A DNA stretch of 64,000 bases from Kiritimatiellia bacterium (GTDB taxonomy: Bacteria; Verrucomicrobiota; Kiritimatiellia; JAAZAB01): assembly GCA_040767085.1 (NCBI GenBank), contig JAXGPF010000005.1, forward strand, positions 256,001-320,000. Reading direction: 5' to 3'. The notes below the pieces were generated by a model, which was not told where the DNA came from, did not search any database, and worked only from the letters and a program-made list of their open reading frames with translations. Made by a program: the position numbers and the translations under genes. Positions 28,801 through 37,002 of this stretch are shown here, piece by piece. Numbering within the stretch: position 1 is the stretch's first letter; every line of letters begins with the position of its first letter.

Positions 28801-29293
28801 CGATATCGGCGTCCTGCGCGGCAAATTCCTCGCGGATTTGCGCGCCGCCCATACCCGCATCCGCGAATTGACCCCCCTGGCCGGCATGCCATTGAATACG
28901 CTGGACATCCGCGGCGCCGCCGTCAGCGATTTGAGCCCGCTGGCCGGCATGCCGCTGGAACGGCTGGACCTGGCCGGCACCCAGGTCAACGATCTGAACC
29001 ACCTGCACGGCATGCCGTTGAAATACCTGGATATCAGCGGCACGGAAATCAAAAACATCGCCGCCCTCCGCGGTATGCCGCTGCGCTTCCTGAATATTCA
29101 GCGCACCGCCATTAAAGACCTTTCCCCGCTGCAGTACGCCGGCATCGAAGAAATCTGGCTGGATTACCAGCCCTTCCGGAATCAGCGGGATACCGGCCGC
29201 GCCTTCACGGAAATTTTGCGCCAGATGCCCGCCCTCACTACGGTCAATGGCATGCCTTGGCGGCCGAATGGCGACCGCCGCAATCGGGAGTGA
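25880..29293 (+). CDS. Membrane-spanning Hanks-type Ser/Thr protein kinase with C-terminal leucine-rich repeats
   Basis: RGGMSTVYKA, VALK, HPNIV, HCDIKPDN, DLG, GTPNYIAPE, DIYALG; TM AAILLFTAVLVFAGLIL; about ten 21-aa LRRs (LSPLAGMPLERLDLAGTQVND). Confidence 0.92.
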   Translation: MDDAPKFKGFEILETLPRGGMSTVYKARQISLERIVALKTLPPNLARHPGDIDKFIYEARITASLKHPNIVQVYDFGKTEDGVYYFVMEFVSGYNVAHWIRRKQRISQENTLLIAQSVADALKYAWEHDRIIHCDIKPDNIIIDSDGSIKVADLGLARSIHSMADSGETGVVFGTPNYIAPEQSRGDAALDCRTDIYALGATIYHCLTGRMPFAELPPQEIMDRQITDTIPDPQEIHPAIATGSACLIEKMMRKNPADRQPDWDAVIQDIIQVRSEKLPAGDFRQYLPSTARRCQLREQHLRDIYRLLDQQITRRTDGLPEGRYLRGYWLAESQHPRPLPRATPRPAARRTLLEKTAAILLFTAVLVFAGLILRRWPAQGRARGTQPPAAPAPPAEASAPAHDSPAPVMDDQRDQLARELYDTTLQWLTEHPGLFNEAIRKFEQVAADTRGTHYAALALEQAQKLRQGKNRAINRLMQTLRDQAEQLGARHNFEEAAAVFSGYKGEFAAETAKQRRAQAETWQARATAHRKEKQVQQEAASRQWRQVLTAVADAVLTENFESIGERLQAAFGDSNLAEHRLELREMESLCQAAAELDRRLLATFLPQKGLTLDLRLKQGVDKLTIREVTDKSVLAEKISPVGGGYAIQPQEVRLADLTLVELQERLGSSTAPETSLLRGMLAMREKNFDAAARAFENLGEPLGSVLAKAVTHQRNRQREQEAWAEMAQILARVQIKLEDPPGNGQLAALLKQRKFSALEARFINHAAAVFQARYAGTDCARQAEPLWQIGRAAAAAADAGANGSGADPDAGRTPHALLKTSLANHNPGLQEHEIICQLDPQGQPDRLEIVSPKIRTLQPLEQIPRLRELICGGQRPANRSDTIILAPLDDLEPLRNLPLQTLSLAYTRVRNLAPIQGMLSLTRLSLAQTDVADLAPLSNLRLTALDISHTKTGDLAPLQDMPLRELNLNHTGIADIGVLRGKFLADLRAAHTRIRELTPLAGMPLNTLDIRGAAVSDLSPLAGMPLERLDLAGTQVNDLNHLHGMPLKYLDISGTEIKNIAALRGMPLRFLNIQRTAIKDLSPLQYAGIEEIWLDYQPFRNQRDTGRAFTEILRQMPALTTVNGMPWRPNGDRRNRE

Positions 29294-29297
29294 CGTT

Positions 29298-30674
29298 ATG
29301 CGATATATCAGCACCCGCGGCGGCGACACCGCCGATTTTTCCGGCGCCGTGCTGGCCGGACTGGCGCGCGATGGCGGGTTGTTCATGCCCGCGGCCATCC
29401 CGGATGTCCGCGCCCGCCTGCCGGACTGGCGCGCGCGGCCCTACCCGGAACTGGCCTGGGAAATCATGCGCCTTTATGCCGGCCTCCCGCCGGAAGACCT
29501 GCGCCGGCTGATCCAGAACGCCTGCGCCGCGTTTGCGCACCCGGAAATCACGCCCCTGCGAAAGTTGGGCGGCTTGCGTCTGCTGGAACTGTTTCATGGC
29601 CCGACGCTGGCCTTTAAGGACCTGGCCCTGCAATTTCTCGGCGGCCTGTTCGAATATCTCCTGGAGCGCAACGGCGGGCAATTGAATATTCTGGCCGCCA
29701 CCAGCGGCGACACCGGCAGCGCGGCCATCCATGGCGTCAAGGGCCGCGCGCGCCTGCGCATTTTCGTGCTCTACCCGCACGGCCGGATCAGTCCCGCGCA
29801 GGAACTCCAGATGATCACCGTACCGGACGCCAATGTGCATACGCTGGCGCTGCAGGGCACCTTTGACGATTGCCAGCAGATCGTGAAAGACCTGCTCGGC
29901 GACCTCCCGTTCCGCGACCGCTGCCGCCTGGGCGCGGTCAACTCCATCAACTGGGCGCGCATCCTGGCGCAGGTCGTTTACTACTTTTACGCCGCTTTCC
30001 GCGCGATGGATGAAACCGGCTGCGCCGGCGTGCGTTTCGCCGTCCCCACCGGAAATTTCGGCGATATTTTCGCCGGCTACATCGCCTGGCGCATGGGGCT
30101 GCCCATCCGCCGCCTGGTGCTGGCCACCAACGAAAACGACATCCTGGCCCGATTTTTCCAGACCGGCGTCTACGAACGCGGGCCGGTGCGGGCGACCGTC
30201 AGCCCGTCCATGGATATCCAGGTGGCCAGTAATTTCGAACGCTACCTTTATTGCCGGCTGGAGGGCGATGTCCGGCAACTGCGGACCCTGATGCAAACTT
30301 TTGCGCAAACCGGCCGGCTGCAGTTGCCGGCCGGGCCGGCCGGCGTGATCGATCCGCTGTTCTGTTCCGGATCGGCGGACACCGCGGCTACCCTCGCGGT
30401 CATCCGCGACTGCCATGTCCGGCACGGCTACCTGCTCGATCCGCATACCGCCGCCGGGGTGCACGTCGCCCGGCAGTTCCTGCAGCCTGGCGAACCGATG
30501 ATCTGCCTGGCCACCGCCCACCCGGCCAAGTTCGGCGAGGCGGTCCGCCAGGCCGTCGGGAGCGATTTAGCACGCCACCCGGCGCTGGACCGCCTGGCCC
30601 GTCTGCCGGCGCGCCGCAATGTCTGCCCGGCGGAACCCGGCGCCGTGCGGGCATTCATTGAGCAGCGCCTATGA
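29298..30674 (+). CDS. thrC: Threonine synthase
   Basis: MRYISTRG, GLARDGGLF, ELFHGPTLAFKD, ATSGDTG, NSINWARI, VPTGNFG, SPSMDIQVASNFER, TAHPAKF. Confidence 0.97.
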   Translation: MRYISTRGGDTADFSGAVLAGLARDGGLFMPAAIPDVRARLPDWRARPYPELAWEIMRLYAGLPPEDLRRLIQNACAAFAHPEITPLRKLGGLRLLELFHGPTLAFKDLALQFLGGLFEYLLERNGGQLNILAATSGDTGSAAIHGVKGRARLRIFVLYPHGRISPAQELQMITVPDANVHTLALQGTFDDCQQIVKDLLGDLPFRDRCRLGAVNSINWARILAQVVYYFYAAFRAMDETGCAGVRFAVPTGNFGDIFAGYIAWRMGLPIRRLVLATNENDILARFFQTGVYERGPVRATVSPSMDIQVASNFERYLYCRLEGDVRQLRTLMQTFAQTGRLQLPAGPAGVIDPLFCSGSADTAATLAVIRDCHVRHGYLLDPHTAAGVHVARQFLQPGEPMICLATAHPAKFGEAVRQAVGSDLARHPALDRLARLPARRNVCPAEPGAVRAFIEQRL

Positions 30675-31228
30675 AAATCATTACAATGTTAGCCCTGGCC
30701 CTGGCGCTCTCCATGGACGCCCTGGCCATTGCCATCGCAAGCGGTTATGCCATCAAGCGCCTGCACCTGCATTACGCCATGCGGATTGCCTTCAGCTTCG
30801 GCGCGTTCCAGTTCCTCATGCCCATTCTCGGCTGGCTGTGCGGGTGCAAAATCCAGGCCCTGATCGCAGCCTTCGACCACTGGGTGGCTTTCGGCGTGCT
30901 GTCCTTCATCGGCGGCAAGATGATTTATGAATCCTTCACCCTGTCAAAAATCGAACGGCCCGACACGCCCATGAGTATGCATACGCTTCTGGTCCTATCG
31001 CTGGCGACCAGCGTGGATGCGTTGTCGGTCGGTTTCAGCCTGTCCCTGCTGGAGGTGTCGATCATTACGCCGGCGCTGGTGATCGGCGCGGTAACCTTCG
31101 CGTTATCGCTGGCGGGCGTGTTCATCGGCGACCGGCTCGGCCATTGCTGCGAGGGTAAAATCGAAGTCGCCGGCGGGCTGATCCTGATCGGCATCGGCGT
31201 GCGGATTCTCTGGCAGCACCTGTGCTGA
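30671..31228 (+). CDS. mntP: Manganese efflux pump MntP
   Basis: LSMDALAIAI..G, FGAFQFLMPILGW, FDHWVAF, ATSVDALSVG, EVAGGLILIGIG. Confidence 0.9.
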   Translation: MKIITMLALALALSMDALAIAIASGYAIKRLHLHYAMRIAFSFGAFQFLMPILGWLCGCKIQALIAAFDHWVAFGVLSFIGGKMIYESFTLSKIERPDTPMSMHTLLVLSLATSVDALSVGFSLSLLEVSIITPALVIGAVTFALSLAGVFIGDRLGHCCEGKIEVAGGLILIGIGVRILWQHLC

Positions 31229-31247
31229 ACGTATGCATCCGGCGGAA

Positions 31248-32603
31248 TTAAAACGGCAGATCGTACTCCCGTATTTTGCGCTGGATGGTGCGCACCGCCA
31301 GGCCCAGTTCGGCGGCGGCCGGCGCGCGGCGGCCCTGGTGCCGGCGCAGGGACTGCAGCAGGGCCGCGCGCTCGACTTCCGCCATGGTCAGGCCGGGCGG
31401 TATGGACGCCGGCTCGCCGGCCGGCGGCGCGCCGCCGCCCAGTTGCAGGTCGGCGGCCGCCAGCCGCGGCCGCGCCGCCATCAGCACCGACGCTTCCACC
31501 GCGTGTTTCAATTCGCGGACATTGCCCGGCCAGGCATACTGCTCCAGGCGCGCGTAGTAGTCCGGCTCCGCCCCCTCGATATGCCGGCCATGCTCGGCGC
31601 ATGCCCTGGCAATGAAATGATCGGCCAGCGGCCGCACATCCGCCGGCCGCTCCCGCAGCGGCGGCACGGTTATGGCCACCACCTGCAAACGGTACAGCAG
31701 GTCCCGCCGGAATTGGCGCTCTGCCGCCAGGACATGCAAATCCTGGTTGGTGGCGGCGACGATCCGCACATCCAACCGCACGGATTGCCGACCGCCCAGG
31801 CGGGTGATTTCTTTTTCCTCCAGCACCCGCAGCAGACGCTCCTGCACCCGCGGCGGCGCAATGCCGATCTCATCCAGGAATAACGTGCCGCCCTGCGCGC
31901 GCTCGAACGCTCCCGGATGCCGTTCCGCCGCGCCGGTGAAGGCGCCCTTTTCATGCCCGAATAATTCCGACTCCAGCAGCGATTCCGCCAGCGCGCCGCA
32001 ATTGACCGCCTCGAAGGGCGCGCCCGCGCGGTCGCCGCCGAAATGCAGTTCGCGGGCGATCAACTCCTTGCCGACGCCGCTTTCGCCGACAATCAGAACC
32101 GTCGCGCGGGTGGAAGCCACCGCCCGCACCCGGTCGAGCACCGCCCGCATCCCGTCGGAAGCAAAGACCAGCGGGCGCGCCCCCTGCCGTTCCGACAGGG
32201 CCGCCTGCAGCCGCCCGACTTCCGCGCGCAGCCGGACAGTTTCGCCCGCGCGCGCTACCTTGGCCTGCAAGTCCGCCAGGTCCAGCGGCTTCAGGATGTA
32301 GTCATACGCGCCGGCTTGCAGGGCGGCAACCGCGGTGGCGACCGTGCCGTAGGCTGTCATCAACAGGACCGGCAGCGCCGGCAGACGCCGGCGGATGCGT
32401 TCCAGCACCTCCAGTCCGCTGATATCCGGCAGGCGGACATCCGAAAGGACCAGATCAAACTCCCCCCGCTCCAACTCGGCCAGGCCGGCGGCGCCGGCGG
32501 GGGCGGCGACCACCCGATGCCCGGCCGACTCCAGCGCATCCACCACCGAGCGCCGGCCGTCGGGATCGTCCTCGATGACCAGGATGTTTAAAGCGGTTTG
32601 CAT
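31248..32603 (-). CDS. Sigma54-dependent NtrC-family response regulator (REC-AAA+-Fis HTH)
   Basis: ILVIEDD, DVRLPDISG, GESGVGKE, ESELFGHEKGAFTGA, LFLDEIG, WPGNVREL. Confidence 0.95.
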   Translation of the reverse strand: MQTALNILVIEDDPDGRRSVVDALESAGHRVVAAPAGAAGLAELERGEFDLVLSDVRLPDISGLEVLERIRRRLPALPVLLMTAYGTVATAVAALQAGAYDYILKPLDLADLQAKVARAGETVRLRAEVGRLQAALSERQGARPLVFASDGMRAVLDRVRAVASTRATVLIVGESGVGKELIARELHFGGDRAGAPFEAVNCGALAESLLESELFGHEKGAFTGAAERHPGAFERAQGGTLFLDEIGIAPPRVQERLLRVLEEKEITRLGGRQSVRLDVRIVAATNQDLHVLAAERQFRRDLLYRLQVVAITVPPLRERPADVRPLADHFIARACAEHGRHIEGAEPDYYARLEQYAWPGNVRELKHAVEASVLMAARPRLAAADLQLGGGAPPAGEPASIPPGLTMAEVERAALLQSLRRHQGRRAPAAAELGLAVRTIQRKIREYDLPF

Positions 32604-32663
32604 TGCCTTGGCAATTGTGCTATATGTTGTTTAAATTTAACAGAACGCGGGGAAAAAGCCAAG

Positions 32664-33992
32664 ATGTTGTTCCACTACCGCAAAATCGGACGCCGCGATT
32701 TCATCGCCCTTTCCGCCGGCGCCGCGGCCGCCTGGTGCGCCGGCTGCGCCACCAATCCCGTCACCGGCCGCAAACAATTAATGCTGCTGTCGGAAGACGG
32801 TGAAATTGACATTGACCGCCAGAACGCGCCGCACCAGTTTTCCGCCGATTACGGCGCCAGCCAGCAGCCCGGCCTGAACGAATACCTCGCGCAAATCTGC
32901 AAAGACCTGGCCGCGCATTCCCACCGGCCGCTCCGCCCTTACGCCTGCCGGGGCGTCAACGCCACTTACGTCAACGCCTACACCTTTCCGGCCGGCTCCA
33001 TGGCCGTCACCCGCGGCATGCTGCTGGCCATGGGCAGCGAGGCCGAACTGGCGGCCGTCCTGGGCCATGAGATCGGCCATGTCTGTTCCCGCCACACGGG
33101 CAGCAATCTCACCCGCAGCATGCTGACCGGGATGGTGATGTCGGGCGTCAACGCCTACGTGCAGATCCAGCATGAGGAATACGCCAACATCGCCGCCGGC
33201 GTCGGCATGGTGGCCGGCGGCGCGTGGCTGGCGCGCTACAGCCGGGCGGACGAGCGCCAGGCGGACGCCTTGGGGCTGGAATACATGACGCGTGCGGGCT
33301 ATAATCCCTCAGGCTGCATCGCCCTGATGGATATCCTGCGGAAAATGTCCAAAAACGAGCCCGGCTTGATCGAGTTGATGTTCGCCACCCATCCCATGAG
33401 CGAAGAACGCTACCAGACCGCGGTCCAGGCCGTGGAAACCAAGTACCGCCAGATGCGTTCATTACCGGACCACCGCGAACGCTACCTCGACATGACCGCG
33501 CCCATCCGGGCGCAAAAGGAAGCCATCCAGTTAATGCAAAAAGGCGACCAGGCCCTGGCCGCCGGCAAGCCCGCCCGGGCCGCGCCGCAACTGGAGGCCG
33601 CCCTGCGCCTGGCGCCGGACGATTACACCGCCCTGTTGCTGCTCGCCAAATGCCGCCTGGCCCAGGACCGCGCCGGCGAAGCCCGGCGCCTGGCGGAGTC
33701 CGCCCGGCAGGTTTACCCGGCCGAAGCCCAGGCCTGGCACATCGCCGGCCTGGCCTGCCTGGCCGGCCGCCATTACGCCGATGCCTTGAACAATTTCAAC
33801 CGCTATAATGCCATCCTGCCCGGCAATCCGCTGAACGTTTTTTTCCGCGGATTTGCCTTGGAAAACCTCCAGCGCAAACCCGAAGCGGCCCGCTGTTACA
33901 TGGAATTCCTCCAGGACACACGGGAAGGCGACCAGGCGCAGCACGCCTACCGGCGCCTGGTGGAATGGGGATACCTCCAGCCGGCCGTTTAG
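32664..33992 (+). CDS. M48-family metallopeptidase lipoprotein with Tat signal and C-terminal TPRs (BepA-like)
   Basis: GRRDFIAL twin-Arg signal, lipobox-like CAGC, ATNPVTG, HEIGH, YSRADERQAD, THP. Confidence 0.9.
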   Translation: MLFHYRKIGRRDFIALSAGAAAAWCAGCATNPVTGRKQLMLLSEDGEIDIDRQNAPHQFSADYGASQQPGLNEYLAQICKDLAAHSHRPLRPYACRGVNATYVNAYTFPAGSMAVTRGMLLAMGSEAELAAVLGHEIGHVCSRHTGSNLTRSMLTGMVMSGVNAYVQIQHEEYANIAAGVGMVAGGAWLARYSRADERQADALGLEYMTRAGYNPSGCIALMDILRKMSKNEPGLIELMFATHPMSEERYQTAVQAVETKYRQMRSLPDHRERYLDMTAPIRAQKEAIQLMQKGDQALAAGKPARAAPQLEAALRLAPDDYTALLLLAKCRLAQDRAGEARRLAESARQVYPAEAQAWHIAGLACLAGRHYADALNNFNRYNAILPGNPLNVFFRGFALENLQRKPEAARCYMEFLQDTREGDQAQHAYRRLVEWGYLQPAV

Positions 33993-33994
33993 GG

Positions 33995-35447
33995 TGTCGG
34001 GGGAAAAGCAAAAGCGGAATGCTGGAGCGAGCAAAAGCGGAAAGGGAGTGGAAAGGCTGGGATCGGGAATAAGAGGAGTGGAAGGTGCTGGTACGGATAT
34101 GGTTGCGAAGGAGAGGGGCAAGGATGTGACGCCCCCTAGGGGGCGCGCGCCCGTGGAGCGAGCAAAAGCGGAATGCGGTCTATAATGACCGCATGAAAAA
34201 ACAAATAGGATCCCGGTTGGGCTTGGCACATGTTCATGACGTGCTCAAGCAGGTGTGTGAAGGAACGATGACCATCGAGCAGGCTTGTGAATCCTTGGGG
34301 ATGGGCAAGACCAGGCTCTACGAGTTGCGTAGTAGCTATCTAAAGGCACGCGCAGCGGGCAAAGATGCTGTTTGGCGGCCAGGCATATCCGGTGGCAATC
34401 ATGCGGCGCCATGGGATGAAAACGTTGTGAGTTTCCTGAAGGCCGCCATCCGCAATGGTTACAACTATGCATTTGCGGCCAGCGAGGTGGATCGTCAATA
34501 CGGCATTACACTGGCTCGCTCCCAAGTCCGTCATTGGGCGATACGCGAAGGAATTTGCCCGACCCCAAAACCACCTCGTCTTCCTGTTCACCTGAGGCGC
34601 TGGCAACGCCAAGCCGTTGGTGAACTTTGGCAGATGGATGCCACCCCGGATCATTGGTTTGGCCGTGAGGAGCCGGCTTATCCACTGCTGGACATGCTCG
34701 ACGACTGCAGTCGTATGCAAGTGGGATGTGCCATCTACCGCCGCGAGAATATACCCGCCTACCTGCATTTCTTGCACAACGCATTCATGGAGCATGGGTT
34801 GCCTCTGCAAATCTATGTAGATCAAGCAGGGATATTCACGGCGCACAAGGAAGACAACGTGACCTGCATCGAGCAACGCCTGATGTTCTACGACGTGTCG
34901 TTCATCGTTGCCAATACCCCTGAAGCAAAGGGCAAGGTCGAACGGATCCACCAAGTCTGGCAAGATCGGTTGCCGCCATACTTTGCCCATAACGGTCTGT
35001 CCACATCTTCCGAATTAGAAGAGGTAAACCGGCACATTTACGCGCTGCGTGATCATCGGAACCGGCGTGAGCGCCATCGTGAACTGGGCATGACGCCACA
35101 GACGGCTTGGGACAATGCCATCGCACAGGGTCGAAACAAGCTGCGCCCCGTCCCCAAGGACCCTTGGTGGAACTACGTCTGGTCTCTATGGCATCCCGTC
35201 ACGATCGCCGTGGGCGGTCGCGTCCAATTCCGACAAGGCTCTTTCCCTACTCGGGGTAGCCTTGGCACCAGGGCCATTGTATGTGAACATCTGGACGGAA
35301 CCGTCTCGATCATCAAGGAGCGGCCAGACAAGCTCAAACGCCCCGTCGTTCTGTTCACCAACCGGCCTCACTAACCAGACTGATTGTATGCGTTTCTTTT
35401 CCGCTTTTGCTCGCTCCAATAATTCCGCTTTTGAAAACTCCACGACA
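33995..35447 (+). mobile_element. Complete insertion sequence, IS1202 family (ISNCY), 1453 bp, with 16-bp target-site duplication
   Basis: TGT..ACA ends; imperfect 26-bp IRs TGTCGggggaaaagCAAAAGCGGAAT / TGTCGtggagttttCAAAAGCGGAAT; flanking DR AGCCGGCCGTTTAGGG at 33979-33994 and 35448-35463; codon style differs from host. Confidence 0.92.
34193..35374 (+). CDS. DDE transposase (IS1202/ISNCY, integrase-core type)
   Basis: GELWQMDAT.DHWF, LDDCSR, HGLPLQIYVDQAGIF, ANTPEAKGKVERIHQVWQDRL. Confidence 0.92.
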   Translation: MKKQIGSRLGLAHVHDVLKQVCEGTMTIEQACESLGMGKTRLYELRSSYLKARAAGKDAVWRPGISGGNHAAPWDENVVSFLKAAIRNGYNYAFAASEVDRQYGITLARSQVRHWAIREGICPTPKPPRLPVHLRRWQRQAVGELWQMDATPDHWFGREEPAYPLLDMLDDCSRMQVGCAIYRRENIPAYLHFLHNAFMEHGLPLQIYVDQAGIFTAHKEDNVTCIEQRLMFYDVSFIVANTPEAKGKVERIHQVWQDRLPPYFAHNGLSTSSELEEVNRHIYALRDHRNRRERHRELGMTPQTAWDNAIAQGRNKLRPVPKDPWWNYVWSLWHPVTIAVGGRVQFRQGSFPTRGSLGTRAIVCEHLDGTVSIIKERPDKLKRPVVLFTNRPH

Positions 35448-35463
35448 AGCCGGCCGTTTAGGG

Positions 35464-35491
35464 TTGACTTATTTGTCGCTCCGATTAGTAT
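35464..35491 (+). promoter_or_regulatory. Candidate sigma70 promoter for gnd
   Basis: TTGACT, 16 bp, TAGTAT immediately after the right DR; AGGAG RBS downstream. Confidence 0.5.
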
Positions 35492-35538
35492 GTATTTTTC
35501 GCTTTTTGGCAGAATAACCACGACAGGAGAAAATCAAA

Positions 35539-36990
35539 ATGCAACAAGCTGACATCGGTCTGATCGGTTTGGCGGTGATGGGCGAAAACCTGGTGTTGAA
35601 CATGGAAAGCAAGGGGTTTACCGTCGCCGTGTTCAACCGGACGGTCTCCAAGGTGGACAACTTCGTCAAGGGCCGCGCCCAGGGCAAAAAAATCATCGGC
35701 TGCCACAGTGCCCAGGAACTCGTGGCCAGCCTGAAAAGCCCGCGCAAAATCATGATCATGGTCAAGGCCGGCGCGGCCGTGGATGCCACCATTGAGCAAT
35801 TCATCCCGCTGCTATCCAAGGGCGATATCATCATTGACGGCGGCAACAGCCATTTCCCGGACACCATCCGCCGTTGCAAGGCGCTGGAGGGCAAAGGCTT
35901 GCTGTTTATCGGCACCGGCGTTTCCGGCGGCGAAGAAGGCGCCCTGCTGGGACCCAGCATGATGCCCGGCGGCAGCCCGGCCGCCTGGCCGCATGTCAAA
36001 GACATCTTCCAGTCCATCTGCGCCAAGACGGACAAAGGCGAGTCCTGCTGCGACTGGGTCGGCGAAAACGGCGCCGGGCATTTCGTCAAGATGGTGCATA
36101 ACGGCATTGAATACGGCGACATGCAGTTGATCTGCGAGACTTACCAGATGATGCGCGACGGCCTGCGGATGAGCAACCAGGAGATGCACCAGGTCTTCGC
36201 CGAATGGAACCAAGGCGAACTCGATTCCTACCTCATTGAAATCACCCGCGATATTCTCAATTACCGGGATGAAAACGGCGAGGAAGTCCTCGACAAGATT
36301 CTCGACACCGCCGGCCAGAAAGGCACGGGCAAGTGGACCGCGATGGCGGCGCTGGATGCCGGCATGCCCCTGACGCTGATCGGCGAGGCGGTGTTCGCCC
36401 GCTGCCTCTCGGCCCTCAAGGAAGAACGCGTGATCGCCGCGCGGGCCATCAAGGGCCAGGCGGCGGAATTCAAGGGCGACCGCGCTCAGATGATCGCCGA
36501 CTTGAAGCAGGCGCTTTACGCCGCGAAAATCATTTCCTACGCCCAGGGCTACCAGCTCATGCGCGCCGCGGCCGCGGAATACGGCTGGAAACTCAACAAC
36601 GGCGGCATTGCGCTGATGTGGCGCGGCGGCTGCATTATCCGCTCGGCCTTCCTCGGCAAGATCAAGGAAGCCTTCGACCGCAATCCCGACCTGGCGAACC
36701 TGCTGCTCGATCCGTTCTTCCGGAACGTCGTGGAACAGGCCCAGCCGGCCTGGCGCCGCGTCGTGGCGGCGTCCGTCAACCAGGGCATCCCCATGCCCGC
36801 CATCAGCGCCGCCCTGGCGTTTTTTGACGGCTACCGCTGCGCGCGCCTGCCCGCCAACCTGCTGCAGGCGCAACGCGACTATTTCGGCGCGCATACCTAC
36901 GAGCGCGTGGACAAGCCCCGCGGCGAATTCTTCCACACCAACTGGACGGGGCGCGGCGGCACGACGGCAGCCTCCACGTACATCGCCTGA
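35539..36990 (+). CDS. gnd: 6-phosphogluconate dehydrogenase, NADP-dependent, decarboxylating
   Basis: IGLIGLAVMGENL, GVSGGEEGA, HFVKMVHNGIEYGDMQ, QKGTGKWT, WRGGCIIRS, QAQRDYFGAHTYER. Confidence 0.98.
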   Translation: MQQADIGLIGLAVMGENLVLNMESKGFTVAVFNRTVSKVDNFVKGRAQGKKIIGCHSAQELVASLKSPRKIMIMVKAGAAVDATIEQFIPLLSKGDIIIDGGNSHFPDTIRRCKALEGKGLLFIGTGVSGGEEGALLGPSMMPGGSPAAWPHVKDIFQSICAKTDKGESCCDWVGENGAGHFVKMVHNGIEYGDMQLICETYQMMRDGLRMSNQEMHQVFAEWNQGELDSYLIEITRDILNYRDENGEEVLDKILDTAGQKGTGKWTAMAALDAGMPLTLIGEAVFARCLSALKEERVIAARAIKGQAAEFKGDRAQMIADLKQALYAAKIISYAQGYQLMRAAAAEYGWKLNNGGIALMWRGGCIIRSAFLGKIKEAFDRNPDLANLLLDPFFRNVVEQAQPAWRRVVAASVNQGIPMPAISAALAFFDGYRCARLPANLLQAQRDYFGAHTYERVDKPRGEFFHTNWTGRGGTTAASTYIA

Positions 36991-37002
36991 GCCTGCCGCG
37001 CC

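Noticed and set aside
32604-32663. Sigma54 -24/-12 promoter at TTGGCAATTGTGC
   Set aside because: GG-to-GC spacing is 7 nt rather than the required 10.
34007-35430. Repeated 20-mers as a possible CRISPR array
   Set aside because: Irregular spacing, one inverted copy, confined to IS ends, no cas genes.
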